Part shown: positions 30,442-40,609 of the stretch, one piece after another
Numbering within the stretch: position 1 is the stretch's first letter
Layout of the letters: every line of letters begins with the position of its first letter
The notes under the pieces: generated by a model
Seen by the model: only the letters and a program-made list of their open reading frames with translations
Databases searched by the model: none
Told to the model about the DNA's origin: nothing
From: an uncultured Verrucomicrobiae bacterium
GTDB lineage: Bacteria > Verrucomicrobiota > Verrucomicrobiia > Chthoniobacterales > UBA10450
Assembly: GCA_963735805.1 (NCBI GenBank)
Contig: CAVTMK010000001.1
Span: 288,001-352,000 of the forward strand
Length of the DNA: 64,000 bases
Reading direction: 5' to 3'
Made by a program: the position numbers and the translations under genes

Positions 30442-31629
30442 ATGTACCGCATCGCTCGTTTTGGCCTGATCGTCACGGTCGCGCTTTTGCCGGCAGCGAA
30501 AATTCTCGCACAGCAAGCACGGTCCGCCACTGGTCCGAATCTACAATCCAATGCGGGCGGCGAGGCAGCAGTAGTCAAGCGAGTGGTCGACGGCATCATG
30601 CAGCCGTACCTGGCCCAGGAACAACGGAGGGCCGGTGGCCGCCTATGGAGGCGATCTCCGTATCTGGGAACGATCGTTGCGGTTTCATTGCACGGCCATC
30701 GCTACTTCTTCCCATACGGGAAAGCTACGGACGCGGGCGCTCCGTTCACGAGCGACACTCTGGTGGAGATCGGCTCCTGCACCAAGACCTTCACCACCAC
30801 GCTTTTGGCGCTAGCCATCAACCGCAACCAAATCGTTCCAGACGCTTCCGCTCAGAAATACATGCCCACCGGTTACACGCTCCGGGCGCAGGACCTAACA
30901 CCGCTGGAGTTGGCAGACTTTACCTCCGGAATGCCGGACGATCCGACCAACCTGCCGCGCGGACTCGAACAGCGAAGCATCGAGCACTACACAGTGAAAG
31001 ATTTTCTCACCTGGGCTTCGAACTACGAACCGACGACCCGATTGCCTGCGCCCTATAAGTACTCCAACGCAGGAATCGGTCTGCTGAGCTACCTGGTCGC
31101 GACCGCGACGGGCAAGAACTGGGACGATCAGGTGATTACCGAGATTCTCCAACCGCTCGCCATGGCCGACACGACGCTGCGGCCCACGCCTGAACAGCAG
31201 GAGCGCCTGGCACAAGGACATAACCGCGCCGGCCAGAATGCGCCACGCTGGCCCGTCTACGCATGGTACGCTGCCGGCGGGCTGCGCTCGACGGCACACG
31301 ACATGATCAGTTTTAGCGAGGCCTATCTCGGCCATAACGAAGTGAATGAGAAACCGGTTTCCGCTGAATTGATCGCGGCGATGCAGCTGGCGCAAAAGCC
31401 GATCTTTACGATGCCGAACGGCAACAAGCAGGCGATGGCCTGGGTGAATAATATGGGCGGAGGCAATCCGAACCTTCATCCCGTGATTGTAAAGAACGGA
31501 GGAACGTCAGGATTCGGCACTGTCATCGCGATCAATCCAACCAAGGACGCAGCGATCTTCATCGGCATGAACCAGGTCGGAGCTAACCCAGCCGCGAAAG
31601 GGGTTGAAATCCTACGGCACCTCCCTTAG
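30442..31629 (+). CDS. Exported serine hydrolase, class C beta-lactamase-like
   Basis: Signal peptide; EIGSCTK (SxxK); YSN; KNGG (KTG-like). Confidence 0.85.
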   Translation: MYRIARFGLIVTVALLPAAKILAQQARSATGPNLQSNAGGEAAVVKRVVDGIMQPYLAQEQRRAGGRLWRRSPYLGTIVAVSLHGHRYFFPYGKATDAGAPFTSDTLVEIGSCTKTFTTTLLALAINRNQIVPDASAQKYMPTGYTLRAQDLTPLELADFTSGMPDDPTNLPRGLEQRSIEHYTVKDFLTWASNYEPTTRLPAPYKYSNAGIGLLSYLVATATGKNWDDQVITEILQPLAMADTTLRPTPEQQERLAQGHNRAGQNAPRWPVYAWYAAGGLRSTAHDMISFSEAYLGHNEVNEKPVSAELIAAMQLAQKPIFTMPNGNKQAMAWVNNMGGGNPNLHPVIVKNGGTSGFGTVIAINPTKDAAIFIGMNQVGANPAAKGVEILRHLP

Positions 31630-31700
31630 CGATCGGTTACCGACCACTAAGTTCGGCGAAGCTCAGGTTCCAACACCTGCCCGCGTCGGCGAGATCGAGG

Positions 31701-31955
31701 CTAACACCGCCACTTGGCCATAAAGCTCACCATAGCTGCCACATAGGCTCGGAACGCTCTGAATCTGAGGTCGGGATGAAACGGGGCGAGGAACGAGGCG
31801 ACCGTAGTGTGGCCGTCCCGTATTGCCTCGGTTGCCAATTCAACCAACTGATCCGGATCGACTTTCTTGCGAGAGGGTGGCCTTCTCTCAACGGCGGACA
31901 GCCGCTTTGGTTTTCCCCTTCCGGGTCGGGAGAAGGCGGGAGAGTGCTTATCCAT
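31701..31955 (-). CDS. Hypothetical protein, 84 aa
   Basis: MDKHSPAF...; TTGCAA-N18-CATAAA promoter-like element just upstream; no family recognised. Confidence 0.4.
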   Translation of the reverse strand: MDKHSPAFSRPGRGKPKRLSAVERRPPSRKKVDPDQLVELATEAIRDGHTTVASFLAPFHPDLRFRAFRAYVAAMVSFMAKWRC

Positions 31956-32090
31956 CCCGCTTTTATGGGCTCGTTCGGGGCGAAATTGCAAGTCAAAATT
32001 TTGGACGCCTGAAATCTGCCGGGAACGTGCCAATCGCGAAAACGCTTGGCCCGGGTTGGATCCCGCGGGGAGGAACCAAAATTCTCGCGA

Positions 32091-32627
32091 TCAAATCCCC
32101 GAATTCCGCACGCCGAGTTCTTCGGTTGAGACGAGCGTCCGATCGTTTGATTTTACATGGCCTTGGCTGCGTTTACGAAGCCAGGATACATTTTTGCGCT
32201 GTACACGGTTTCCTTTTACAAGCGTGCGTGTTTTTCCGAGCTTTGGATCGAATACACTCACGTCAGCAGGAAGTGCTGCTAAAAATTCACAGAAATCGGG
32301 CACTCCGTTGTATTTGAATGCTGCCTCTCGTACGGCTTTCGGCGTGAGCGAACGTCGTGTGTTTCCCGTTCGTGAATCGCGATCCTGAGAAGTCAAGAAT
32401 GAGGGGGACGATTCGCGATAGAGAAAAGGAGCAGGCGTGGGCATCACCGACGATTCGGCAAAGGTTCGTGCCGGAATTTGCACCGTTTCTTCGTACGGAT
32501 AGGCGCCGGGGACTTTGATGGACGGAGTTGCCGGTTCAACTTTTTCGACAGGGAAAGCGAGCTGGATCATCAGTCCGACGGCGATTCCCATAACTGCGAC
32601 GAGTCTCGTGGTATAGTGTCTTTTCAT
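32091..32627 (-). CDS. Hypothetical protein with N-terminal membrane anchor
   Basis: MKRHYTTRLVAVMGIAVGLMIQLAF; no family recognised. Confidence 0.45.
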   Translation of the reverse strand: MKRHYTTRLVAVMGIAVGLMIQLAFPVEKVEPATPSIKVPGAYPYEETVQIPARTFAESSVMPTPAPFLYRESSPSFLTSQDRDSRTGNTRRSLTPKAVREAAFKYNGVPDFCEFLAALPADVSVFDPKLGKTRTLVKGNRVQRKNVSWLRKRSQGHVKSNDRTLVSTEELGVRNSGI

Positions 32628-33025
32628 ATGGAGCAATGGCTACTTTCTGAAGAGATGGTGTGACAACCCGGCGACTTTCAAACTGCCCCAAGTTACACAC
32701 CCCGAAGAGGACTAGAGAGCGCGGATTAATTAAAATCCATTTACGCGGACGAGTCAACCCACAATCTGCGTTGGTCACGATGAAAATTTGCCCTCCATCG
32801 TCACACGAAAATTATGCGGGACTCGACAACACAGAAAGAGTGTGCGAAAACAAAACGCTTTCCGACCGGAAGAAAAATCTTTTCAGATGGTGCATGGTGC
32901 ATGGAGAGATTCCATGACCGCCCTTTTCAAGATTTTGTGGCGCATGAAACACACTGTCTGATTCCCTGGACTTCAACAACGATGCAGCGTCGGACGGTGA
33001 ATCGCGCGGCATTGCATACTCGGTA

Positions 33026-33520
33026 TTAGCGTGACTCGAGACGGTCGTTCTCATTACGCGCGCCGCGTTTTTGGCGAAAAAAATCCCTAAGGATCCTGGC
33101 GCACTCGTCCTCCAGAACACCGGATGTGATATCGCACCGGTGATTCAAGGTGGGCATCTCCAGGAGGTTGATTACGCTTCCCGCGGCTCCGGCAACTGCA
33201 TCCGGGCAGCCAAAAACCACCCGCCTGATCCGAGTATGAACGAGCGCGCCCGCGCACATCGCGCATGGTTCCTTGCTCACGTACAGGTCGCAATCGGTCA
33301 GTCGCCAATCGCCTACCGCTGCCTCAGCTTGCGTCAAAGCCAGCATTTCCGCGTGAGCCGTGGCATCCTTGAGCAATTCCACCTGATTATGAGCGCGGGC
33401 AATCACTTTGCCCGCCCGAACAATAATAGCACCGACCGGCACTTCGTCGGTCATGGCTGCCTTGTTCGCCTGGCGCAATGCTTCATGCATGAAATACTCG
33501 TCGCCTCGCAGTTCAAGCAT
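33026..33520 (-). CDS. tadA: tRNA adenosine(34) deaminase
   Basis: EVPVGA; TAHAEM; EPCAMCAGA. Confidence 0.95.
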   Translation of the reverse strand: MLELRGDEYFMHEALRQANKAAMTDEVPVGAIIVRAGKVIARAHNQVELLKDATAHAEMLALTQAEAAVGDWRLTDCDLYVSKEPCAMCAGALVHTRIRRVVFGCPDAVAGAAGSVINLLEMPTLNHRCDITSGVLEDECARILRDFFRQKRGARNENDRLESR

Positions 33521-33677
33521 CGCTTTCAACACGTTAAATCGTTAAAAAAGCCAGAAGGGTTACACTTACAACAGTATCCCTGCCATGCTCTTGTAAATTT
33601 GTAACTTTTTAACTTCTTAACCCGCACCCAACAGCGCGCTTGCCCTGAGAATTTCTTCGGCATATTAGGGACTGCTC

Positions 33678-35627
33678 ATGCACGACAACATCGAGTCGCA
33701 CCTGGTAGAGAAACGCATCTTTAAATCACCACAAGATTTTGCCAAAAACGCCCGGATCAAAAGTCTCACACAATATCGGCGAATGTACCGAGAATCGATT
33801 CGCCAACCGGCAAAATTCTGGGAACGCGAAGCAAGCGAGCTGGTCTGGCGCGCAAGATGGAAAAAGGTGCTGGAATGGAACGCGCCGTTCGCGAAGTGGT
33901 TCGTCGGGGGCAAACTCAACATTTCTGAAAACTGCCTCGATCGCCACCTGACCGGCCCACGCCGGAACAAGGCCGCTATTATCTGGGAAGGCGAACCGGG
34001 CGACAAACGCACCCTCACCTACCAGCAATTGCATCGCGAAGTGTGCCGCTTCGCAAATGTCCTGAAACGAAACAACATAAAAAAAGGCAATCGTGTCATC
34101 ATTTACCTCCCCAATATTCCTGAAGCGGCAATTGCAATGCTCGCCTGCGCGCGGATCGGCGCAGTGCATTCAGTCGTCTTCGGCGGATTCAGCGCCGACA
34201 GCATTCGTGATCGAGTCGCCGACAGCGGCGCCATCGCACTTCTCACGGCTGATGGCGCATATCGCCGCGGCGGAATTGTGCCATTGAAAAAAAATGTTGA
34301 TGAGGCACTCCGTGATAGCACGTCGGTCAGGTGCGTCATCGTTTTTCGTCGCGCGGGAAATGACATTCATATGGAAGAAGGCCGGGACGTTTGGTGGCAC
34401 CGCGAACTGGAGTATGTCAACGCGAAGTGTCCGCCTGTGCCACTCGATAGCGAGCACCCGCTTTATCTTCTCTACACCAGTGGCTCCACCGGCAAACCAA
34501 AAGGCATCCTCCACACAACAGGCGGTTATTTGGTCGGCGTTTACTCGACTACGAAGTACGTCTTCGACATTCGAGATGAGGATATCTATTGGTGCACCGC
34601 GGATGTCGGATGGGTCACCGGCCATAGCTATATCGTCTATGGTCCCCTTGCCAACGGCGCGACAACGCTGATGTATGAAGGCGCTCCGAATTGGCCCGAA
34701 CCGGACAGGTTCTGGAAAATCATCGAAGAATATCAGGTCAATATTCTTTATACCGCACCAACGGCGATCCGTGCATTTATTCGCTGGGGCGATCACTGGG
34801 TGGCGAAACACGATCTCTCGTCGCTTCGCCTTCTCGGTACAGTCGGCGAACCAATTAATCCAGAGGCGTGGATGTGGTATTACAAAAATATTGGAGGCCA
34901 GCGTTGTCCAATTGTCGATACGTGGTGGCAAACGGAGACAGGATCGATTCTCATTACTCCTCTGCCCGGCGCGATTCCTACGAAACCAGGCAGCGCGACA
35001 CTCCCATTTTTTGGCGTCGATCCAGCTGTCGTTGACCAGAAAGGAAACGAAGTCGGACCCAATGTCGGCGGGAAGCTGATTATCCGTAAACCTTGGCCGT
35101 CCATGTTGCGCACGATTTACGGCGACAAGGCCCGGTATCGACAGCAATACTGGAGCGAATTTAAAGGCAATTACCTTACTGGCGACGGTGCGCGGCGCGA
35201 TGAAGACGGCTATTTTTGGATTGTGGGTCGAATTGACGATGTCCTTAACGTGGCAGGTCACAGGCTCGGCACGTCGGAAATTGAAAGCGCCCTGGTCAGT
35301 CATGCCCAAGTCGCCGAGGCAGCCGTAGTTGGCAGGCCGGATGAACTAAAAGGACAGGGAGTCGTCGCTTTTGTGACGTTGAAGGCGAGCGTTGACACCA
35401 GTGGCGGACTGAAAGCGGAACTGCGCGAGCATGTGAGCAAGCACATCGGCGCAATCGCAAAACCAGATGAAATTCGTTTCGCCGAAGCGCTGCCCAAGAC
35501 GCGCAGCGGCAAAATCATGCGCCGCCTCCTAAAAGAAATCGCCAGCGGAGCAAGCGTTACTGGTGACACGACTACACTGGAAGACTTCAGCGTGTTGGCA
35601 AAATTGGCCGAGTCGGAAGAAGCGTAG
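33678..35627 (+). CDS. acs: Acetyl-CoA synthetase
   Basis: [33 protein letters not shown]. Confidence 0.97.
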   Translation: MHDNIESHLVEKRIFKSPQDFAKNARIKSLTQYRRMYRESIRQPAKFWEREASELVWRARWKKVLEWNAPFAKWFVGGKLNISENCLDRHLTGPRRNKAAIIWEGEPGDKRTLTYQQLHREVCRFANVLKRNNIKKGNRVIIYLPNIPEAAIAMLACARIGAVHSVVFGGFSADSIRDRVADSGAIALLTADGAYRRGGIVPLKKNVDEALRDSTSVRCVIVFRRAGNDIHMEEGRDVWWHRELEYVNAKCPPVPLDSEHPLYLLYTSGSTGKPKGILHTTGGYLVGVYSTTKYVFDIRDEDIYWCTADVGWVTGHSYIVYGPLANGATTLMYEGAPNWPEPDRFWKIIEEYQVNILYTAPTAIRAFIRWGDHWVAKHDLSSLRLLGTVGEPINPEAWMWYYKNIGGQRCPIVDTWWQTETGSILITPLPGAIPTKPGSATLPFFGVDPAVVDQKGNEVGPNVGGKLIIRKPWPSMLRTIYGDKARYRQQYWSEFKGNYLTGDGARRDEDGYFWIVGRIDDVLNVAGHRLGTSEIESALVSHAQVAEAAVVGRPDELKGQGVVAFVTLKASVDTSGGLKAELREHVSKHIGAIAKPDEIRFAEALPKTRSGKIMRRLLKEIASGASVTGDTTTLEDFSVLAKLAESEEA

Positions 35628-35645
35628 AGAAGGTAACATTAACCC

Positions 35646-37514
35646 GTGAGTTTCATTCGCACCGGCTTTCGCGAGATTGGATTAAAAATCCGGCGTCAGC
35701 GAACGCGCATAGCGCTTCGTCACGAGAAACGTCTTTTGCAAAAGAGCGAAATCGGCCTCGGACGCGAAGGAACTGCGCAGGCGGCCAATTTCCCCGAGCT
35801 CCGCAATGAGATCGTGGCTCTTAAGAAACTGGAGCAGGAACAAAAGGAAGTCGCACTTCGGATTGCCCGAATCGAAGAAGGGATAAAGAAAATTGAAGAA
35901 GAACGGCAACAAAATGCGCGCGAACAAGCGGAAGCCATTGCAAAGCTGGAAGCGGAAAAGAAGCCACTTCTCCAAAAGCGTAACCAAACGAAAACCAACG
36001 TTGGCGTCTGCGAGCGCGAACTGGCCGCAGTAGACCGCCGTATTCAAGAAAGCGAGGCTGCCGACCGCGATCTCTTGAAGCAGTTGGCCGACCTGCATGC
36101 GCTTGAGCCGGCTCCCGCGGACCTCGAAGCGCGCTCCGCCAGTATCAACATTCGACGCGCACGTCTCCCCGAAGAGCGGGCGGAACTGGTGCGGGCGCGC
36201 CTTGGTAGCGCGGAGGCAGCACGTTTAGCCAGGGAGAAATTGAACGCAGCGGAAGTGGAACTTTCGGTGATAGAAAAAAATATTGCGCGCACCCGGAGCG
36301 AATTTGAAGCGCGTAACCGAAAATTGAGTGATAACATCGGCGCGCAACAGGAAGCAGCGCGCAACGCGCGCGCGCGCCATCAGACGGTCGAAGAGCGGAA
36401 AAATCCCGCGTATTTGAACATTGGCCGGCACCTTGCAGCGCAGGGCGTTGCGCCGCCAAATGCGCCACATTTGCTGGCTGAGGCGCATCGTCGCCGCGAG
36501 GCAGTGGATCGGCATTTGGAGCACAAGACAGAGCTCGCCTTGCTCTCCAGTCGTATCGACAAGCAGGAACTGCGGAAATTTTATTTCAGCGTTTTCTCAG
36601 TGCTGGTCCTGCTCGCGATCACACTGCTCGTCATTTTTCAATCTCCACGAGGCCGCGAATGGCTGCCGCAGGAAACCGACACGATTTTGTCAATTAATGC
36701 CGACCAATTCGAACGAACAGACCTCGCAAAGCGGTGGCGCAAAGACCAGCCCAAACTGTGGCCGGGCTTAATCGGCGCGGCTGGATCCACTCCGGGATTG
36801 AACCTGTCCCAAGATGCGACCCGCATCACTCGTGCAATCACAGCCAGCGAAACCGGAGCAACGCAGGAGTTCATCCTGGTCGAAGCACGCCGTGCCGCAC
36901 CGAAGGTCATTCGTGCAATCGCAGCCGATAAGGCGTTTCAAAAGCGCGCTATCAGCGGCTTGCCAGTCTGGGAACGACCGCCGGATTTCGCCGTCGCCCG
37001 AGTAGGGCCAGCAACGCTGGCTGTGGGAGCACCGACCGCCGTGGATGAGTTGGTGCTGGTGCGCCTTGGAATGAAACCGGACCTGAAAATCACTGGCCAA
37101 CTCTTCGATCGTTTCCAGGCTCTCGACCGCGAGAGCGCGCTACGATTGATTTCGCGTGATCCCCCCGATCTTTCACGTGTTTTTAATCCAATCTTTACGC
37201 GCGAATTGCTCGAGGCTTCACAATTGCTCGGTCTTGCCGTCAATCTACAAAATCCGGTAAAAGCCAGAGTGCTCATAAAAGTGAATTCATCCAAACCCGC
37301 CGCCCAGCTTGCGCGAAATTTGCACGATCATCCAGAGCAATGGCTGCGTCTGCCGAACTCGGAGCTGGTGCTTTATTCGCGTCCACCCGAGGTTCAGAGA
37401 TCAAGCGATTCAAACCTGGAATTGCGATTCGAAGTCCCCGAAAATAGCGCTCGCCTTCTTCTTGAACGCCTGGCAAAAACGGAGCCTGCGCAGGCGATCA
37501 CAGAAGCGTACTGA
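35646..37514 (+). CDS. Hypothetical bitopic protein (long coiled coil, TM helix, extracytoplasmic domain)
   Basis: About 300 aa of heptad-rich helix, then FSVFSVLVLLAITLLVIF. Confidence 0.75.
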   Translation: MSFIRTGFREIGLKIRRQRTRIALRHEKRLLQKSEIGLGREGTAQAANFPELRNEIVALKKLEQEQKEVALRIARIEEGIKKIEEERQQNAREQAEAIAKLEAEKKPLLQKRNQTKTNVGVCERELAAVDRRIQESEAADRDLLKQLADLHALEPAPADLEARSASINIRRARLPEERAELVRARLGSAEAARLAREKLNAAEVELSVIEKNIARTRSEFEARNRKLSDNIGAQQEAARNARARHQTVEERKNPAYLNIGRHLAAQGVAPPNAPHLLAEAHRRREAVDRHLEHKTELALLSSRIDKQELRKFYFSVFSVLVLLAITLLVIFQSPRGREWLPQETDTILSINADQFERTDLAKRWRKDQPKLWPGLIGAAGSTPGLNLSQDATRITRAITASETGATQEFILVEARRAAPKVIRAIAADKAFQKRAISGLPVWERPPDFAVARVGPATLAVGAPTAVDELVLVRLGMKPDLKITGQLFDRFQALDRESALRLISRDPPDLSRVFNPIFTRELLEASQLLGLAVNLQNPVKARVLIKVNSSKPAAQLARNLHDHPEQWLRLPNSELVLYSRPPEVQRSSDSNLELRFEVPENSARLLLERLAKTEPAQAITEAY

Positions 37515-37522
37515 CCGAGTCA

Positions 37523-38176
37523 ATGCGACGTCTTAACCTTCCTCTATTGGCTTTCATCGCGGCGGTCCTGCCATCACTGGACGCAAACGCCGGCGGCCCT
37601 CTGGTTGATATCCGATCAGTCGATCCGACGATCGTCGTTGAACTGCGTTACGCGGGACGAAATAACGTGGTTGGGTACCCTCTCTACCCGCACGGAACAT
37701 CCGCTTTGGCGCGTCCAGAGGTCGCTTCGGGTTTGGCTGTAGCACAAGCGTTGCTGAAGCGGTACCAATTTGGCCTGAAAATCTGGGACGCCTATCGCCC
37801 AGTGGCCGTGCAGGAGAAACTTTGGCAGGCATCACACAACAGCGACTACGTTGCGAATCCTGAGGCTGGCATCGGATCACTACACAGTTGGGGTGTCGCT
37901 GTGGATGCAACGTTAATCGATACCTGGAATCGTCCCGTGCGCATGCCCAGCGATTTTGACAATTTTACTCCGGCCGCAATGTGGCGCTATGCAGGTCCGC
38001 ATCCGGACATCAGGGCACACGTGCATTTACTTCAGATGGCAATGCGAAACGCTGGCTTTTGGGGATTGCGCACCGAGTGGTGGCATTTCACGATCGCGGA
38101 CTGGCAAAAATACTTGCCGAATCAAGCGGCACAAACTGCACAGGTTTGCGGTACCCAGTGGCAGGGCAAGTTATGA
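37523..38176 (+). CDS. M15 D-Ala-D-Ala dipeptidase (VanX/DdpX-like), exported
   Basis: WDAYRP; SLHSWGVAVD (SxHxxGxAxD); EWWHF. Confidence 0.9.
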   Translation: MRRLNLPLLAFIAAVLPSLDANAGGPLVDIRSVDPTIVVELRYAGRNNVVGYPLYPHGTSALARPEVASGLAVAQALLKRYQFGLKIWDAYRPVAVQEKLWQASHNSDYVANPEAGIGSLHSWGVAVDATLIDTWNRPVRMPSDFDNFTPAAMWRYAGPHPDIRAHVHLLQMAMRNAGFWGLRTEWWHFTIADWQKYLPNQAAQTAQVCGTQWQGKL

Positions 38177-38673
38177 TCGAGACATTGCTCCGTGCCTTGC
38201 GACAGCCCGAATACATTCATGTGTTGCTCAATCCATTGCCGATTTACGGTTTGCTCACAGGCTGGGTGGGGCTCGTGATCGCGTTGCTGTTAAGAAGCCG
38301 ACGCGCGCAAATTGCAACGCTAACGCTCGTGCTACTCAGTTCTGTTTCAGCGTGGCCGGTGTCTGAATTTGGTGAACAGGGTTACGACCGTGTTTTGTCG
38401 ATGGCTGACGACGACGGCCAAGCATGGCTCGATGAGCACATGCATCGTGCTCAGAATCTCATCTGGGTCTTCTATGCGCTTGCAGCTTTGAGCGCGGTTG
38501 CTATCGCTGCTCCGATCAAATGGCCCAAAACTTCCGTGCCGCTTGCTCTAGGTGTGGTTTTGCTGGGTGTGTTTACGTTGGGAACCGGTATTTATATCGC
38601 CTATGCAGGCGGCAGAGTCCGGCATCGCGAATTTCGGAACGAACCCGCTCCGCTGAAAAGACCCGACTACTGA
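38173..38673 (+). CDS. Membrane protein (DUF2231-like)
   Basis: ATGA overlap with upstream stop; HVLLNPLP, EH..RA, GGRVRH; about 4 TMs. Confidence 0.7.
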   Translation: MIETLLRALRQPEYIHVLLNPLPIYGLLTGWVGLVIALLLRSRRAQIATLTLVLLSSVSAWPVSEFGEQGYDRVLSMADDDGQAWLDEHMHRAQNLIWVFYALAALSAVAIAAPIKWPKTSVPLALGVVLLGVFTLGTGIYIAYAGGRVRHREFRNEPAPLKRPDY

Positions 38674-38720
38674 AAGTCGTTAAAGCGTTTAAACGTTGAA
38701 GCGCAAAAAGCCAACGGCAT

Positions 38721-38809
38721 TGTCATTCTGAGCGAAGCGAAGAATCTCTGACTATTTTCGAGAGCGTCGATCTCGCAATCAGAAATGTTTCGGTTCGCTC
38801 AACATGGCA
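38721..38809. repeat. TGTCATT-type palindromic interspersed element
   Basis: TGTCATTCTGAGCGAAGCGAAGAATCTCTGA...TCAGAAATGTTTCGGTTCGCTCAACATGGCA; relatives at 51845, 54978, 58642. Confidence 0.8.
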
Positions 38810-38860
38810 GGCTACGCGGTGCCGACTCATCGTTTCAACTCTTCAACGCTTGACGAACCC

Positions 38861-40315
38861 ATGACAACCGAGCTCGATCGTGAAGAGCGCAAAGTCGAAG
38901 AACAGAGCGTTGCGCTCAAAAAACCACTTGGGTTGCGCGACCTCGTCGTGATGCAGATCGTCTTCGTCGTTGGCTCCAGCTGGGTAGGCACCGCAGCCAA
39001 GCTTGGTCAGTCACATCTCTTTTTCTGGCTGCTGGCGATTTTACTTTTCTACATCCCACAGGCTGCGGTGGTCATTTATTTGAATCGAATCATGCCGCTC
39101 GAAGGCGGTTTGTATCAGTGGGCAAAGCTGGGTTTTAACGAATTCGCGGGGTTCATGGTTGCATGGAATCTCTGGCTGCTTTCGATCACCGTAATCGCAC
39201 TGGCCGGGATGTTCATAACGACGAATATCTCGTACGCGCTGGGAGAGGATGCTGCCTGGATGCCGAATAACAAATGGTGTGTCTCTCTTATCAGTTGCGC
39301 ACTTGTAGTTGGTCTGGCATGGACCACGATTCGAGGGCTGTCGTTAGGCAAATGGCTCAATAACATTGGAGGAGTTGCCATGTTTTTGGCATATGGCGCG
39401 TTGATTGCTCTGCCATTCATCAGTCTCGCACGTGGCGAACTCAAGCACTACGATCCGCTGCCGATTGCTGCGCCGGCAATGTCCATCTTTTTTTGCTTCA
39501 ATATTTTTACTAAACTGGCCATCGGCGCGTTGACCGGGTTTGAGTATGTCGCCATCCTGGCGGGAGAAGCCCGGACACCGGCGCGCAACATTGGCCGCTC
39601 CGTCATGATCGCTTCTCCGATCATCGCGTTATTATTTATTTTCGGAACCAGCTCGGTTCTCGCTTTTGTTGGAAACAGACCGATCGATCTAATCGGCCCG
39701 GTGCCACAAACCCTAAGCCTTGGCCTGCGCTCTTTTCAGATCGCCGGCGCAATAGCTTCGTTAGGTATTCTGATGATGACCGTGCGCACGATTTCCTCTA
39801 CAAGCATTCATTTCACAGGCAGTTCGCGGCTTCCCATGGTCGCTGGATGGGATCAGCTTTTGCCGTCGTGGTTTTCACGACTGCATCAGGCTTACAAAAC
39901 GCCCATCAACTCAATTGTGTTCGTTGGGGCGATCACCTTGCTGATTGCCATTCTCAGTCAGATTGGCACGGGAATACAGGAGGCATTCCAACTCGTCGAT
40001 AATGCCGCAAACGTTTTCTATGGGATCGTTTATGCTGTCCTGTTCGCCATTCCAATCGTGGGCGCTCACGGCATTCGATCGCGGGCACGACTTTGGATTC
40101 GGATTGCAGCGGCATGCGGCTTCGGGGTTTGTCTGCTGGCAATCTTTTTCACTGTTTATCCAATTATCGACGTGCCCAGCCCTCTAAGCTTCGCTGCGAA
40201 AATCGTGGCAGTGACCGTGATTGCCAATGTAATCGGAGCAGCCATTTTCGGATTGGGAGAAAAAAGACGTCAGGGTGCGCTCAGAGCGCACCCTTCAGCA
40301 ACCCAGCTCAAATAA
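38861..40315 (+). CDS. APC-family amino acid permease
   Basis: About 12 TMs; LEGGLYQW; GFEYVAILAGEARTPARNI. Confidence 0.9.
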   Translation: MTTELDREERKVEEQSVALKKPLGLRDLVVMQIVFVVGSSWVGTAAKLGQSHLFFWLLAILLFYIPQAAVVIYLNRIMPLEGGLYQWAKLGFNEFAGFMVAWNLWLLSITVIALAGMFITTNISYALGEDAAWMPNNKWCVSLISCALVVGLAWTTIRGLSLGKWLNNIGGVAMFLAYGALIALPFISLARGELKHYDPLPIAAPAMSIFFCFNIFTKLAIGALTGFEYVAILAGEARTPARNIGRSVMIASPIIALLFIFGTSSVLAFVGNRPIDLIGPVPQTLSLGLRSFQIAGAIASLGILMMTVRTISSTSIHFTGSSRLPMVAGWDQLLPSWFSRLHQAYKTPINSIVFVGAITLLIAILSQIGTGIQEAFQLVDNAANVFYGIVYAVLFAIPIVGAHGIRSRARLWIRIAAACGFGVCLLAIFFTVYPIIDVPSPLSFAAKIVAVTVIANVIGAAIFGLGEKRRQGALRAHPSATQLK

Positions 40316-40602
40316 GCTGGCAATCCTCTGTCCACCGAGACAAAGACTATTTCCGGTACTTCGTATGGATGTAGTGAGCGGAGCCTTTCCTGAAATGCTG
40401 GCTGTCGAGTCACGGTCGTCTTGAAAAAAACGACGACTTCTCCAGCAGTCTCAATCTTTTCTTTCCAGCGATAGATCGAGTGAACAGCAGGCATGAGATT
40501 TGCACACGCCGCGAACTTTTCTTCGACTAATGTTTGGGCGACGCGACTGGCCGTCTCCGCGTCCGGAAAAGTGCTAATGGCCAGCAAAATTTGATCGGCC
40601 AT
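40270..40602 (-). CDS. cutA: Divalent-cation tolerance protein CutA
   Basis: LVEEKFAACAN..SIYRWK..LHPYEVPEI. Confidence 0.93.
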   Translation of the reverse strand: MADQILLAISTFPDAETASRVAQTLVEEKFAACANLMPAVHSIYRWKEKIETAGEVVVFFKTTVTRQPAFQERLRSLHPYEVPEIVFVSVDRGLPAYLSWVAEGCALSAP

Positions 40603-40609
40603 TAGAGGA

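Noticed and set aside
30214..33025. Intact tRNA-anchored prophage or integrative element
   Set aside because: No integrase, phage genes or attR duplication found; kept only as a possible islet.
32814..33029. Small plus-strand ORF with an ATGGTGC tandem
   Set aside because: No SD, motif or convincing composition; cannot be supported.
34170..35309. 379-aa antisense ORF (likewise 25350-26297 and those opposite secA)
   Set aside because: Antisense shadows of conserved genes with no recognisable motifs.
37523..38176. Vancomycin resistance cluster
   Set aside because: No vanH, vanA or vanRS; the signal peptide indicates a housekeeping M15 peptidase.
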